DNA of 64,000 bases from positions 64,001 to 128,000 of the IMG/VR virus record IMGVR_UViG_3300037333_000013. The stretch is one strand, 5' to 3'. This DNA is from a virus. The position numbers were made by a program, and so were the translations under genes. The notes beneath the pieces are model-generated. The model was not told where the DNA came from and did not search any database. It saw nothing but the letters and a program-made list of their open reading frames with translations. Shown piece after piece: positions 11,172 to 21,432 of this stretch (position 1 is the first letter of the stretch; the number at the start of each line of letters is the position of its first letter).

Positions 11172-11217
11172 CACAGCAATTCAATTACACCATAATAATA
11201 TATAGGTAAAAAAAAGG
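11172..11217 (-). promoter_or_regulatory. Early (virion RNAP-type) promoter plus conserved leader
   Basis: Minus strand TATATATTATTATGGTGTAATTGAATTGCTGTG; near-identical copies at 30672-30706 and 53096-53140. Confidence 0.7.
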
Positions 11218-11218
11218 C

Positions 11219-11246
11219 ATACACAATGTCATATGACATTGTGTAT
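11219..11246 (-). terminator. Intrinsic terminator
   Basis: atacacaatgtc-atat-gacattgtgtat followed by a T-tract on the minus strand. Confidence 0.75.
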
Positions 11247-11250
11247 TCTT

Positions 11251-12240
11251 TCACTTCTTTCTATTTACCATTACTCCACTAGCAATTAACTCAAACCCAT
11301 ATCTTTCATAATAAGGTATCAAATCATCTTTCCAAGCATTCAATACTATATCCATATCTTTTATAAAAGCAATATCAATAATGTGGTGGAGTATCTTTGC
11401 TCCATTATTGTCTCCAACAGACATAAAGTCTGACAAGAAGATATAATCTCCATCAGCTTTATATTCATTAAAGTCTTCATTTTCAATCTTATACCTACAA
11501 GCACTTTTTAACTTATTGTCAACATCGAATAGACCCATTGTTATAGAGCCTTTGTTTTGAAAGATAAAATCATTAGTCGTATACTTTACTTTAAACACCT
11601 TTTGGTAGAGCCTGCAATATTGGTCTACTTCTTTATCTTTAGGAAATACTCTTCTTATCTCATACTTCTCTTTAATATTAATTAAGTTTACAAATTCCCA
11701 TTGATTTGGTAATGTTGAGTGTACTTGTACGTGTGGTATGTATGTCGCATACTGAGATTTAGAACCCTCTTTAATATTGATATCCACGTACTTGTCTATA
11801 TCCATATAGTCTGATAAGTTAGGGTGCCTCATCAACTCATCATATGTCATAGGTACTCCAGCACACTTACACTGTTTCATATGCTCTTTGAGTGCTTTTT
11901 TGTACTTTGCTTTCGCCTTTAAGAACTCTTCTCTGGTCTTTGCATCTTTAGTATATTTAACCCAGTTATCTTTCTCAAATTGACGTTCTTCCTTTGTTGA
12001 ATATAGTGTAAAGTTATGCATGTTTGAAACGTCTTTTACTCCATATTCAAAGAGTATCTCAGCATTGTAGTTTGTAAATCCTGCACGTTGTAACTTTAAT
12101 ATGTTTCTTAATCCTAACCTATTTAAGAAGAACGAGATATACTCATTGTTCTCTGGATATAATCTACAATTATCACTCTTCTTCTCTTGTGTTGCACAAG
12201 ACCTAATATCTTTATATAGCTCGCTACTGTAATGTAACAT
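11251..12240 (-). CDS. Protein with C-terminal GNAT acetyltransferase-like domain
   Basis: YIFLSDFMS...NGAKIL...IVLNA...LIPYYERYGF matches GNAT motifs A/B. Confidence 0.6.
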   Translation of the reverse strand: MLHYSSELYKDIRSCATQEKKSDNCRLYPENNEYISFFLNRLGLRNILKLQRAGFTNYNAEILFEYGVKDVSNMHNFTLYSTKEERQFEKDNWVKYTKDAKTREEFLKAKAKYKKALKEHMKQCKCAGVPMTYDELMRHPNLSDYMDIDKYVDINIKEGSKSQYATYIPHVQVHSTLPNQWEFVNLINIKEKYEIRRVFPKDKEVDQYCRLYQKVFKVKYTTNDFIFQNKGSITMGLFDVDNKLKSACRYKIENEDFNEYKADGDYIFLSDFMSVGDNNGAKILHHIIDIAFIKDMDIVLNAWKDDLIPYYERYGFELIASGVMVNRKK

Positions 12241-12263
12241 AATTTCCCCTTTTTTTCTTGTTT

Positions 12264-13463
12264 TTATTTTCTTTTAAAGTCAACAATCGCTAGTACGTAG
12301 ATGTATATTGCAAGAATAATCGCCGTAGATGTGAGTATCCAACTCGTCTTTATTCCTGTTGCTTCCTTTACGAATGCTATCAGTTTCACTTTCGTCTCAT
12401 TCATCTTCTTATCTTTTAAAGAGCTACTACTCCAGTAGTTCTTTAAGAATTTAATCACAGCCACCATTCTATCTGAATATGGTGGGTATAGTTTTCCTAT
12501 GTATAAGTAGTAAATACATACCTCTACTATATCTTCTAATAGGTTCATGATAGATGGGTCTGTTAACGACTTCTCGTGTATTAATATAGCTGTATCCTTT
12601 ACTGCACTGATTTTCACCTTTGAAAATAAATCACCAATGAGTCCAAACAACTTCTCATTGATGAATTCGTGTCGGATAAATACTTTCTGCTTGACTGCAT
12701 TAATATAAAAACTATGGATATCTTCTACATCTACAATTCGTGCTTCGTCATCTTCACCTTTCCCTAATACGGAAGATGTCTGTCGTGTCTCTTCTTCTTC
12801 TTTTACTTTCACAAGTAAACTATACTGTTCTAATACGGAACTCTTTACTGTCGTGTGTAAGTTAGATATGTAATATGTAAATTTCTCTACTTTATTACTC
12901 TCTAATAGTTTATGTTTCTCCTTATCATCAAAGCGTACCTTTGCGAAATACTCAAGTACTTTGTAGTTACTCCCAAGTCTCTTAATGATAAACTTTTTAG
13001 ACATCTTCTCATATACGAGTGTAGCTAAGTTTTCGTCTACTTGGAAAGAGAAGTACTGTGAATACATCGATGTAATCATCTTAAACTCTACAATAATACC
13101 GGTATCTACAAATGCATCTTCTTTCATTTTCTGAGAAAGTGTACTCATTAATATCATTCTTTGTAGGACAGAGCAAGAGAAGTTGAATGGGTCTACCACA
13201 ACATTCCAACTCGCCTTTACACTATCTAACGTGAGAATATCTTTCTTTAGTTCTGACGCATCCACATCTATTAACATAAAGAAGTTCTCTTTATCCTCGT
13301 CTGTAAACCGTATTGCATGCACACCAAAGTAGAATGATGAGAAGTATCCCATATTATCTTCATTCTTACTCATCAGTGCGAGTTTAAATCTCCCTAACTT
13401 CTTCACTAATTCTGGAGTAATCTTTACACTGAAGTGTTTTGTTATCAAGTCTTTTAATTTCAT
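12264..13463 (-). CDS. Conserved phiKZ-like hypothetical protein
   Basis: KNEDNMGYF...GVHAIRF recalls a core gene that neighbours the virion RNAP beta' fragment. Confidence 0.55.
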   Translation of the reverse strand: MKLKDLITKHFSVKITPELVKKLGRFKLALMSKNEDNMGYFSSFYFGVHAIRFTDEDKENFFMLIDVDASELKKDILTLDSVKASWNVVVDPFNFSCSVLQRMILMSTLSQKMKEDAFVDTGIIVEFKMITSMYSQYFSFQVDENLATLVYEKMSKKFIIKRLGSNYKVLEYFAKVRFDDKEKHKLLESNKVEKFTYYISNLHTTVKSSVLEQYSLLVKVKEEEETRQTSSVLGKGEDDEARIVDVEDIHSFYINAVKQKVFIRHEFINEKLFGLIGDLFSKVKISAVKDTAILIHEKSLTDPSIMNLLEDIVEVCIYYLYIGKLYPPYSDRMVAVIKFLKNYWSSSSLKDKKMNETKVKLIAFVKEATGIKTSWILTSTAIILAIYIYVLAIVDFKRK

Positions 13464-13489
13464 AGTATCTCCTATCGTTCAAAGAAGTC

Positions 13490-13517
13490 ATCATAGTACC
13501 CATACGGGTACTATGAT
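13490..13517. terminator. Hairpin terminator
   Basis: atcatagtaccc-atac-gggtactatgat. Confidence 0.65.
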
Positions 13518-13518
13518 A

Positions 13519-14145
13519 CTAGAGTGTTCTTGGTTGTTTCAGATGCACAGTCTTGAGTGCTTCTCCTAGTGGTGCAAACTTACCATTGAATTGTCTTCTA
13601 ATCCCTGCGGTAGTCATTGGTAGGCCCTTTTGTTTTGCGATAACAATCGCAATAAGTCCAGTGAACGCATTGAGTGAGCTATTGTCGTGTGTCCAATGTG
13701 GTGCACACGCACCTGTTTTGTTCAAATCAATCACGCTATGTGTTAATAGATTAACAATACGTGTTGCTTCTTTCTCTTTGTTTTTGTTTTTTGTTAGTAC
13801 AGTGTTGAGTGTAAATACTAAGTTATATGCTTCGAGTGCACCTTGTTTAGACGCCATAGAGTTACCAATATGGAACTTTAGAAATCTATCGATAGCTTTC
13901 TCGATATTATCTTTCTTCTTTTTCACATCTTTAACTTCTTCATCTGGAGTCTCTTTAGGAACTGGTTCTGCATTAGGTTTATCTTTATGATGGACCTTTG
14001 CATCTTCACTTTTTGTTGGTTCGATAATAGACTCATCAACATTCGGTATTTCTTCTAATGGATTATCTTCTTGTGTTTCAAGTGTATCACTCTCAACCAC
14101 TTTTGTTTCATCTTTTCTACTTAAGATTGCTCTTTTTTTTGCCAT
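13519..14145 (-). CDS. Hypothetical protein with disordered charged N-terminus
   Basis: 208-aa ORF in operon. Confidence 0.6.
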   Translation of the reverse strand: MAKKRAILSRKDETKVVESDTLETQEDNPLEEIPNVDESIIEPTKSEDAKVHHKDKPNAEPVPKETPDEEVKDVKKKKDNIEKAIDRFLKFHIGNSMASKQGALEAYNLVFTLNTVLTKNKNKEKEATRIVNLLTHSVIDLNKTGACAPHWTHDNSSLNAFTGLIAIVIAKQKGLPMTTAGIRRQFNGKFAPLGEALKTVHLKQPRTL

Positions 14146-14148
14146 TTT

Positions 14149-14898
14149 CTAATCCTTTGCTTCTTGTTTAATATCTTCTAACAATGTGTTGACGTCTTCT
14201 TCATTCCCTAGGTTATAAACCGGAATGTCTAGACGTCTACAATCTTTAATCACCCGAGGAACTTCAAATCCTAGTTCATCATAGTTTGTATCACGTGTTA
14301 TCTTATTCGTCCCACACTTCGACCAAACAATCATAAACTCTACAGGCTCATTTAATTTCTCACCAAGATATAGGTGCATATTCGTGGCTTTAAAAGCTTT
14401 GAAATTATAGCTGTACCCATTAAATTTATCGATAGCTTCCATTGGTTTACCATCCTTGTCTTTGGCATACTCTCCGATAATCTTACAATATAACCAAGCC
14501 GCTGCTGAGAACGCTGCATCTGTTGGTTTAGTGTGTTCTGTTGAGACTGACTTATTTACGGCTCTAAACGGCAAGAAGATTTCTTTAAATGCATAAATTG
14601 GAAAGATGACTTGTTCTAACGGATTACGGTTACTTGCACTTGCTCTAAGCACATACTGCTTCATACCGAGTGTCATCGCTATGTCGGTGATAAGCTTCTT
14701 GACGTCTTCCGGAATATCCTTACCATTATCACTTACCACACCGAAACGTTTTGTACCACGTTTCAACCCATCAACATCAATATCTTTTGCAAGATATACT
14801 TTATCTTCTTGTCCGTATGTATTGGTCTTTTTGACCGGTTGTTCTTTATCTTCTAACTTCTGTGCTGATGCTTGTTCAATTGTATCAAATATAGACAT
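14149..14898 (-). CDS. DprA/SLOG-fold-like protein
   Basis: YVLRAS, EIFLPF, LGEKLNEPVEFMIVWS and DIPVYNLG motifs. Confidence 0.55.
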   Translation of the reverse strand: MSIFDTIEQASAQKLEDKEQPVKKTNTYGQEDKVYLAKDIDVDGLKRGTKRFGVVSDNGKDIPEDVKKLITDIAMTLGMKQYVLRASASNRNPLEQVIFPIYAFKEIFLPFRAVNKSVSTEHTKPTDAAFSAAAWLYCKIIGEYAKDKDGKPMEAIDKFNGYSYNFKAFKATNMHLYLGEKLNEPVEFMIVWSKCGTNKITRDTNYDELGFEVPRVIKDCRRLDIPVYNLGNEEDVNTLLEDIKQEAKD

Positions 14899-14933
14899 TT
14901 TGTACCTTTTGTTCTAATTTCATATAAGTGAAG

Positions 14934-16178
14934 CTAGTAGATTAAATCATCTATCCCAATATCTAAGAGTTTGTAGTTTGTCACGTGGAACTTTGATAAG
15001 TTGTGCTTTAGTGCCATACCACCTGTCTCAGACGCAAGTAATACAACCATATATTCTAACCTAGAGAGTTCGTCACCAGCACATGTAGAGCAGAACGTAG
15101 AGCCTTTACTCTTACAGTTGTGCATTACACGCATATCGACAAAACTGTTTATGAGTGACTTATAGTTGTCTTTTGTAATCTTTACCACTTTGTTATTGTG
15201 TACATAGTTCATTCCGATTAGTTTACTAGCAAACTTCTTGGTTACTTCTATCTTACATGTCCGTCTTGTTCCACAATCACCTTTCACAACTTTATAAGGG
15301 AACATTGCTCTAAGAATAATCTTTGATAAATACCCAGAGTCTTTCGTTGAGATACCACGTTCATTCGAACCATTAATCAAGTTGTTGATAACGATAGCAA
15401 ACTCACGTTTATCTTTTGGTAAACCATCTCTCAATGACGTGACAATGATTCCTGTTCGTTCATCTGGGTCAATAGAGTCTAATACACCCACCGACACATA
15501 CTTCTTTCTGATAGATGAACCAATAATCTTATTGTCAGTTGTAATCATATAGGTAGGGTCATCTTTCAAATAGTCGTGATACTTGTCCATCACTATCTTT
15601 TCATACTCTAGAAAGACGTGTTTATTCTTAATAGAACCTTTCCCATATTTACCCTCTAACTTTTTAATAGTTTCTTTCTTAAACTTATCTAACCACTTTG
15701 GCTTTGCACTGGTCTTCCGTGTACCACTAATGACAAAGATATCGGCCATCTCCCTTAAGTATGCACATACAACACCACACTTCTTGAAACGTTTTACACC
15801 AACAAGCTCTTTGTTCTGTAATATATAGGTTGACTCTATATCATCGTAGACAAACTCTTCATTAATGTATCCATCGAATAGTCCTTCTAAACCGAAGTCG
15901 AAGTATAAGTAGTTATTGATAGCAATACCAATTGTAGTATCAATCTTCTTTGTGACACCTGAAAATACCCCTGCATCTAACGTGACTTCTGTATACTGTG
16001 TTAGTAATGGTTTATCTTTCTTTCCTGGTAATGTATACTCTACACCATTATATGTTACAGTATATCCAGAGCCATTATACTTTATATACTCGTTCTCTGT
16101 CTTTGCAAACATACTCTTGAAGAACTTTAGTTTCTCAAAGGCACCTATCTGCAACATCTTATTTAAAAACTCATTCAC
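14934..16178 (-). CDS. Multisubunit RNA polymerase beta' C-terminal fragment, probably virion RNAP
   Basis: RG.STKDSGYLSK bridge-helix region, GDCGT and Zn site C...FCSTCAG. Confidence 0.8.
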   Translation of the reverse strand: MNEFLNKMLQIGAFEKLKFFKSMFAKTENEYIKYNGSGYTVTYNGVEYTLPGKKDKPLLTQYTEVTLDAGVFSGVTKKIDTTIGIAINNYLYFDFGLEGLFDGYINEEFVYDDIESTYILQNKELVGVKRFKKCGVVCAYLREMADIFVISGTRKTSAKPKWLDKFKKETIKKLEGKYGKGSIKNKHVFLEYEKIVMDKYHDYLKDDPTYMITTDNKIIGSSIRKKYVSVGVLDSIDPDERTGIIVTSLRDGLPKDKREFAIVINNLINGSNERGISTKDSGYLSKIILRAMFPYKVVKGDCGTRRTCKIEVTKKFASKLIGMNYVHNNKVVKITKDNYKSLINSFVDMRVMHNCKSKGSTFCSTCAGDELSRLEYMVVLLASETGGMALKHNLSKFHVTNYKLLDIGIDDLIY

Positions 16179-16959
16179 TCTTTATCCTTTCGATTTCAGA
16201 CGGTAATATCGGAATCAACCTATTATATATATCATCTGGTGTCTTTCTAGATAACTCTTGAATGTAGCTATCATATGATGTCTCTTCTAAGAATAGATAA
16301 ACAATCGCTAGTTTTGATAGTGTCACTTGTATGTCTTCATCGTTAAATCTGATGTAGTTGACCTTATCAAAGTCATCTTTATTAATGTCTGATACGTTCT
16401 CTAGAAATACGTCTAGTGTTTCAAAGTCACAGTGTTTTACAATACGCTTCTTTATCTTCGCATATTCGATAACTCTCGATAGGTCATTGTGGTCTAACTC
16501 ATCTGTCTTTATAATAGAACGTAATAAGTCTATGGTATGCTTAGTAGCTGTGATTCCATTTAAATCAAATAGTGATACGTCTGTTTTTAGGAAGTCTGTT
16601 ACCAAATACTCAAATGATTCTGAAACAAATGTGATGCTGTCGCTGTTCTCTAGTAGTTCCTCACCAAGAGATACATCAATATCGGATAAGACAAACATAG
16701 CTTCTAAAATATCTATCTTTGTACGCATTGTATTGTCTACTTTAATATCATAATATGACAGCAGTATATCCAAGTGCCTACTATAAATATCTAATACTTC
16801 TGTGTTAATAGATGTCCCACCATACACGTCTTCTAACAGTGTTTCAAACTCTTCTAGATGGTCTTCATACTCATACTCTAGAAACAGTGATTCGATATTA
16901 TCGAATAGCGGGTAGGATAACTCATTAATTAAGTTTAATCGCAATAACTCGTCTAACAT
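16171..16959 (-). CDS. Acidic hypothetical protein upstream of the RNAP fragment
   Basis: 262 aa with SD AAAAGGAG. Confidence 0.6.
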   Translation of the reverse strand: MLDELLRLNLINELSYPLFDNIESLFLEYEYEDHLEEFETLLEDVYGGTSINTEVLDIYSRHLDILLSYYDIKVDNTMRTKIDILEAMFVLSDIDVSLGEELLENSDSITFVSESFEYLVTDFLKTDVSLFDLNGITATKHTIDLLRSIIKTDELDHNDLSRVIEYAKIKKRIVKHCDFETLDVFLENVSDINKDDFDKVNYIRFNDEDIQVTLSKLAIVYLFLEETSYDSYIQELSRKTPDDIYNRLIPILPSEIERIKSE

Positions 16960-17028
16960 TATATACTCCTTTTCATTAGAAAAAATATCTCTATTTCATT
17001 ACTGTGAAATAAACACAAAAGGAATACT

Positions 17029-17526
17029 ATGGGTATTAATAGAAAGTTAAATAGAAAATCAGACATCGTCACAAAGAAGAATGATAAGAAAATCATTAAG
17101 AAGATTGCTAAGGAAGATATCGAAGAGGGCTTTGACTTTAAGCAGGGTGTAGTGGATACTATAGTTGCATCACAAGGTGTTATCGCAAAATCAAACCAGG
17201 TTCAAAGTTTTGTTGGAAACATTGTTAAGGCTGTGTCGGAACAGATGACTACTGAGAAGAATGACGAGGTAATGAGAATCTTATCAGAAAAGGTAGATAC
17301 ATTAAAAGCAATCAAAACAAAGCTATTGAGAGAAACCGGAACATTAGATGTTACGACACAGATGCTCTCTGAGCATAAGAACATCATTGATAACAATGAT
17401 GATACCACACTCGTTGAGCCACTAGAGTTATACTTTACAATGCAAGAATCTATGATTATTGTTAGTGATTTGATAGATGACGTGAACATCACTATATCGA
17501 AAGATATAGATAGCGAGGTAGCATAA
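17029..17526 (+). CDS. Hypothetical helical protein
   Basis: 165 aa with SD AAAAGGA. Confidence 0.6.
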   Translation: MGINRKLNRKSDIVTKKNDKKIIKKIAKEDIEEGFDFKQGVVDTIVASQGVIAKSNQVQSFVGNIVKAVSEQMTTEKNDEVMRILSEKVDTLKAIKTKLLRETGTLDVTTQMLSEHKNIIDNNDDTTLVEPLELYFTMQESMIIVSDLIDDVNITISKDIDSEVA

Positions 17527-18941
17527 TGAATGAGCTTAAAAATAAGAAAGATGTAAAACCGCACCTTGAGAGTGTATACGGTAAGTTCTTCTTGCCATCT
17601 ACAACCATTGAAGAGTTTGAAAAGAGAACAGTAGAGATTGAGAATATCCCAAAAAAATATGTTGTCGCAAAACGTACAGATGATGGTCGTGTCGTTAGGA
17701 GGAAAGCCTCATGGGTTGAGAAGCGTGTCGATGATGTAGACTCTACTGAACTCTTCTGTTTTGGGTTGGAGTCTAAATACCGTGGAATGGTTTCGTCCAC
17801 ACAACACGATGGAGAGTGTGGCGGTGAGTTCAAATTAAGGAATAAGAACATCCGTGGTAAGACAGGAAAAGTACTAAAGGGTGCAGATGCAGTATTGGCT
17901 GTTAGACAATCTTTAAATCTAGACAGAGAAATGTTGATACCACTCCCTCATTCACATTTCAGTATTGAACTTAGTTCTTTCTCGCCTGCCGAAAAGATTA
18001 AGCTCAGCGAGATGATTACAGAATCGTTAACCGATTATTGTAGCCAGACGCTTGGACTTATCTTCTCTCATGACAGTGTTGTTTACTACAAGGCTATCTT
18101 CCAATACTTACGCAAGAAGATTATTTCGCACACACTTATTATACCAGAAGATAAAGACATTTTAGACTACATTGATGTAAGAGATATTACTAGTATTTTA
18201 GCATACTTGTCTGCTGTGATGCACCCTAAAGGTGTAGATACCATTGTCACTTGTAGGAATAAGATGAAAGTAGACAACGAGAACGAAAAGTTACTGTGTA
18301 CAAATACTGTAACTGGTTTACTCGATGCTAAAAATATGTTGTACATTAAAGAGCAAAACATTCCAGAAAGTGGAAAGTCATTGTTACGGAAAACAAAGTC
18401 AAACTCTATCACTATTGAAGAGATGATGAAGAGTAGAGAAGAAGCACCATACCATAACAGTAAAGAGATGAAATATGGTGATAGTCTTATTATCACTGTT
18501 GAGAGTTCATCTATCAGTAAGTACCTAGAGTCTGGTGACTCTTATATTAATAGGCTCGTTGAACTCATTGATGATGCAGTGACGCTAATAGACGACCCAG
18601 ATGAGAGAAAACGTGAAGTAAACAAGTTCTTAGCTCTTCTTGTTGTGAATAGGTACAGTCACTTCATTAGCTCTGTTGAGATAGAGAATGTTGGTATCAT
18701 TACTGACCAAGAGACTATCTTTAAAACACTTGAAGACCTGCTGGAAGAATATGAGATGGGTGTGAATCTTGTTACTGACATATCTGATAGTGTCAACACT
18801 GATAAGCTCTCATATATTGGTGTATCTGCATTCACTTGTAAGGAATGTAAGAAGACAATGAAAGAGGACGATAAGATTGAATTCGATGGAACAATTGAGT
18901 TGAATGCATTAGAGGTTTTTTCAAATCTCCGTATTATCTAG
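17526..18941 (+). CDS. Baseplate hub / tail assembly chaperone-like protein
   Basis: IPLPHS near the N-terminus, C-terminal CKEC and ...LEVF ending on a T6 run. Confidence 0.5.
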   Translation: MNELKNKKDVKPHLESVYGKFFLPSTTIEEFEKRTVEIENIPKKYVVAKRTDDGRVVRRKASWVEKRVDDVDSTELFCFGLESKYRGMVSSTQHDGECGGEFKLRNKNIRGKTGKVLKGADAVLAVRQSLNLDREMLIPLPHSHFSIELSSFSPAEKIKLSEMITESLTDYCSQTLGLIFSHDSVVYYKAIFQYLRKKIISHTLIIPEDKDILDYIDVRDITSILAYLSAVMHPKGVDTIVTCRNKMKVDNENEKLLCTNTVTGLLDAKNMLYIKEQNIPESGKSLLRKTKSNSITIEEMMKSREEAPYHNSKEMKYGDSLIITVESSSISKYLESGDSYINRLVELIDDAVTLIDDPDERKREVNKFLALLVVNRYSHFISSVEIENVGIITDQETIFKTLEDLLEEYEMGVNLVTDISDSVNTDKLSYIGVSAFTCKECKKTMKEDDKIEFDGTIELNALEVFSNLRII

Positions 18942-19459
18942 TTCGTGACGGTGAGTTTAAAGCTCACCCCATTGTTAATACGGAGTATATTAATCCAATA
19001 TTGAGTGCTATATATAGCGATGACGAACACGGAGATATCTCGATAGACTTTGAACATTATGCTATGAAACCCATTAACTCCCTACTTACTGTAAACAGGA
19101 GACTAAGTGAGATTGAACTAAAGAATCTAAAGCGGTATCTATTCTTGAGTACCTTTGAATGGAATAGAAATGACAATGGGTTCTCATCTCTTACGCCTGT
19201 ATCTGTTGTTGTAGATGAGCTTGATAATTGGCTAGATTATACATACTACGAGTATCTCGTATTATACACGAGTCTTGGTGTATGGAAACACACAAAGTAT
19301 ACACTCAATGACTTCTTATCGTTGAGCTTCAAAGAGATTCATAAGATAACTGAGTCGTGTAAGTTTATCATTGATACGGAAGAGAGAATCAAAAACACCA
19401 TGAAGAAAGATGGCGACCCTGCCTTAGGAGCACTAGAAGATGAAGAAGATTTATTGTGA
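18920..19459 (+). CDS. Probable -1 frameshift extension (chaperone T/E'-like domain)
   Basis: -1 frame is open from 18899 to 19459, spanning the T6 run, and lacks a well-placed SD+ATG; contains KYTLNDFLSLSFKE. Confidence 0.5.
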   Translation, partial: FKSPYYLVRDGEFKAHPIVNTEYINPILSAIYSDDEHGDISIDFEHYAMKPINSLLTVNRRLSEIELKNLKRYLFLSTFEWNRNDNGFSSLTPVSVVVDELDNWLDYTYYEYLVLYTSLGVWKHTKYTLNDFLSLSFKEIHKITESCKFIIDTEERIKNTMKKDGDPALGALEDEEDLL

Positions 19460-20039
19460 CATAGATGCATTACTGGATACTAGGTATCCAGTAATGTCTA
19501 GATTAACAGCTGACTATATAGAAGATGTGATTACACAACGTGCAAAACATATATTATTCTCCACTAAGAGTAAAGTATCACTCTTTCAAGCGAACGTGAC
19601 AGCTATCGTGAAAGACATTAATGGTTTGTATCTCTATAAAGAGAAAGAACATATTATGAATGGTGTTGCAGATGACATTGGATTAGATATTAATGTCTAT
19701 GGGTATTCACTAACTGATAATGAGAAAGAGATTGTTAAAGTACAATTTGATAGGCTCTTTCCTAATATGACTATTCATATTATTGATAATGAACCATCGT
19801 ATAAGATAATGAACCAATATTTTGGTATCGTTATGTATGATGCTTTATTCTTTCTAGAGAGGTTACAGTTTACAGATACGTTGGGAATGAATGGTGATAC
19901 TATCTTTATTACCACGATGAACACTGATTCTGTTGATGATATCAATAATGTGGTTAAGATGATTGAAGAGCGATATAAGCCTTATGTAGACTTACAAATT
20001 GTGAGTGAAGAAGCGATGAGTACAAAATCTATTATATGA
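19440..20039 (+). CDS. Conserved hypothetical protein with HAD-like DxD N-terminus
   Basis: IYCDIDALLDTR. Confidence 0.5.
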   Translation: MKKIYCDIDALLDTRYPVMSRLTADYIEDVITQRAKHILFSTKSKVSLFQANVTAIVKDINGLYLYKEKEHIMNGVADDIGLDINVYGYSLTDNEKEIVKVQFDRLFPNMTIHIIDNEPSYKIMNQYFGIVMYDALFFLERLQFTDTLGMNGDTIFITTMNTDSVDDINNVVKMIEERYKPYVDLQIVSEEAMSTKSII

Positions 20040-20103
20040 TGGCGTTGCCTCAAACTTAATACAAGAGATTGTATTTGCAAATATTATCTAAAAAGGAGTA
20101 CGT

Positions 20104-21357
20104 ATGCCGTACGCAAAACTACTTAAAAAAGTGAACTCAGGAATGGACACTGAGTCAGCAGGGACTATCAACTTTTCCGTTATTGACCTAGCAACAATGG
20201 ATACCGAAAACGAAATCAGAGCATTTGACGATGCTGAGACAGCAGTGTCTCTACTAGCTAGTGCTGAACGCCTGTATGAAGTAAAAGGTTCTTTAGATAC
20301 AGAGTCTGCTAAACAGTCTGCTTCTACAACTATTGCCGTCTGCATTGCTAAAGCATGTTTACTAGACGCAGAATCTGCTGGGTATCTCGGAATTAGAGAC
20401 ACTGATACAGAGGGTGAAAAAATGGATAAAGCCAAGAACTGGCTTAAAGTAGCACGTGATAACGTGATGGTTGCTATCCAACGTATCATTGACATTGGTA
20501 AAAAATACTTCTTAAAAGTAAGTGCTTGGTTTGCAACAAACGATAAGCTTAAAAAAGATATTCTTAAGAAGCTTGATGCTAATGGCAAACACAAAGAGTA
20601 CGTAATGAAAGATGACTTAAAGAGCGATGGCGATAAATTCAAAACATTTGCAAAAGCACATCAAAGTCTTCTACGTGACCATATGCTAATTGATAAAATC
20701 AATACTAACATTATCGAGGACGTAACTGTTGGTAGCAAAACACTTACTGACCTATCTGATAAACTTGAAGCATTTGCAGGAAGTGAACCAGATGGAATGA
20801 GTTCAGATGTAGAGAAAATCTTCAATGATGATGATACTGTTAAGTCATTTGCAGGTGCTGTATGGAATAAGCTCTTTGTTGTTCTATACAATGAGTCTTA
20901 TGTAGACCCTGAAGACGAAAATGATACCGACCCTAATGCTGTATATGCTGTTGTAAAGTATGATATTGAAGATAAAGTATTTACTAATGGTGTAGATACT
21001 GCTGTTGAGGGACTACATACTTACTTTAATAAAAATAAAGCTACATTAAAGACTGAATTCTCGAAGCTTGAGAGTGCATCTAAGGTGCAGTCAAACATTG
21101 ACAAAGCAATGAAAGTCTTTGATGATGTTAAGAAAGATGCAGATAAAGAGTTTGGCAAAGACCCATCTGAAGTTGCTGATAAGCAAAAACGCATGGCTAT
21201 GATAAAGAATTCACTCATTGCTCGTTCTAAGACCGCATATGGTCTCTGTAAATACGACATCTTAAAGTACAAAACAACACTTGAGATGGCAAAATTATAC
21301 ACTGATAACTTGGTAAAGAACAAAGGTAACTCTAACACTACCCCAGAGGAAGACTAA
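20104..21357 (+). CDS. Internal head protein with cleavable propeptide
   Basis: Repeated D-x-E motifs followed by an amphipathic helix (MDKAKNWLKVARDNVMVAIQRII); strong SD. Confidence 0.65.
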   Translation: MPYAKLLKKVNSGMDTESAGTINFSVIDLATMDTENEIRAFDDAETAVSLLASAERLYEVKGSLDTESAKQSASTTIAVCIAKACLLDAESAGYLGIRDTDTEGEKMDKAKNWLKVARDNVMVAIQRIIDIGKKYFLKVSAWFATNDKLKKDILKKLDANGKHKEYVMKDDLKSDGDKFKTFAKAHQSLLRDHMLIDKINTNIIEDVTVGSKTLTDLSDKLEAFAGSEPDGMSSDVEKIFNDDDTVKSFAGAVWNKLFVVLYNESYVDPEDENDTDPNAVYAVVKYDIEDKVFTNGVDTAVEGLHTYFNKNKATLKTEFSKLESASKVQSNIDKAMKVFDDVKKDADKEFGKDPSEVADKQKRMAMIKNSLIARSKTAYGLCKYDILKYKTTLEMAKLYTDNLVKNKGNSNTTPEED

Positions 21358-21368
21358 GACTCATAATC

Positions 21369-21400
21369 ATTATACCCACACCACATGGTGTGGGTATAAT
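21369..21400 (+). terminator. Intrinsic terminator
   Basis: attatacccacacc-acat-ggtgtgggtataat followed by CTTTCTT. Confidence 0.75.
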
Positions 21401-21432
21401 CTTTCTTGACACTACATAAATAAAGGATTTGT

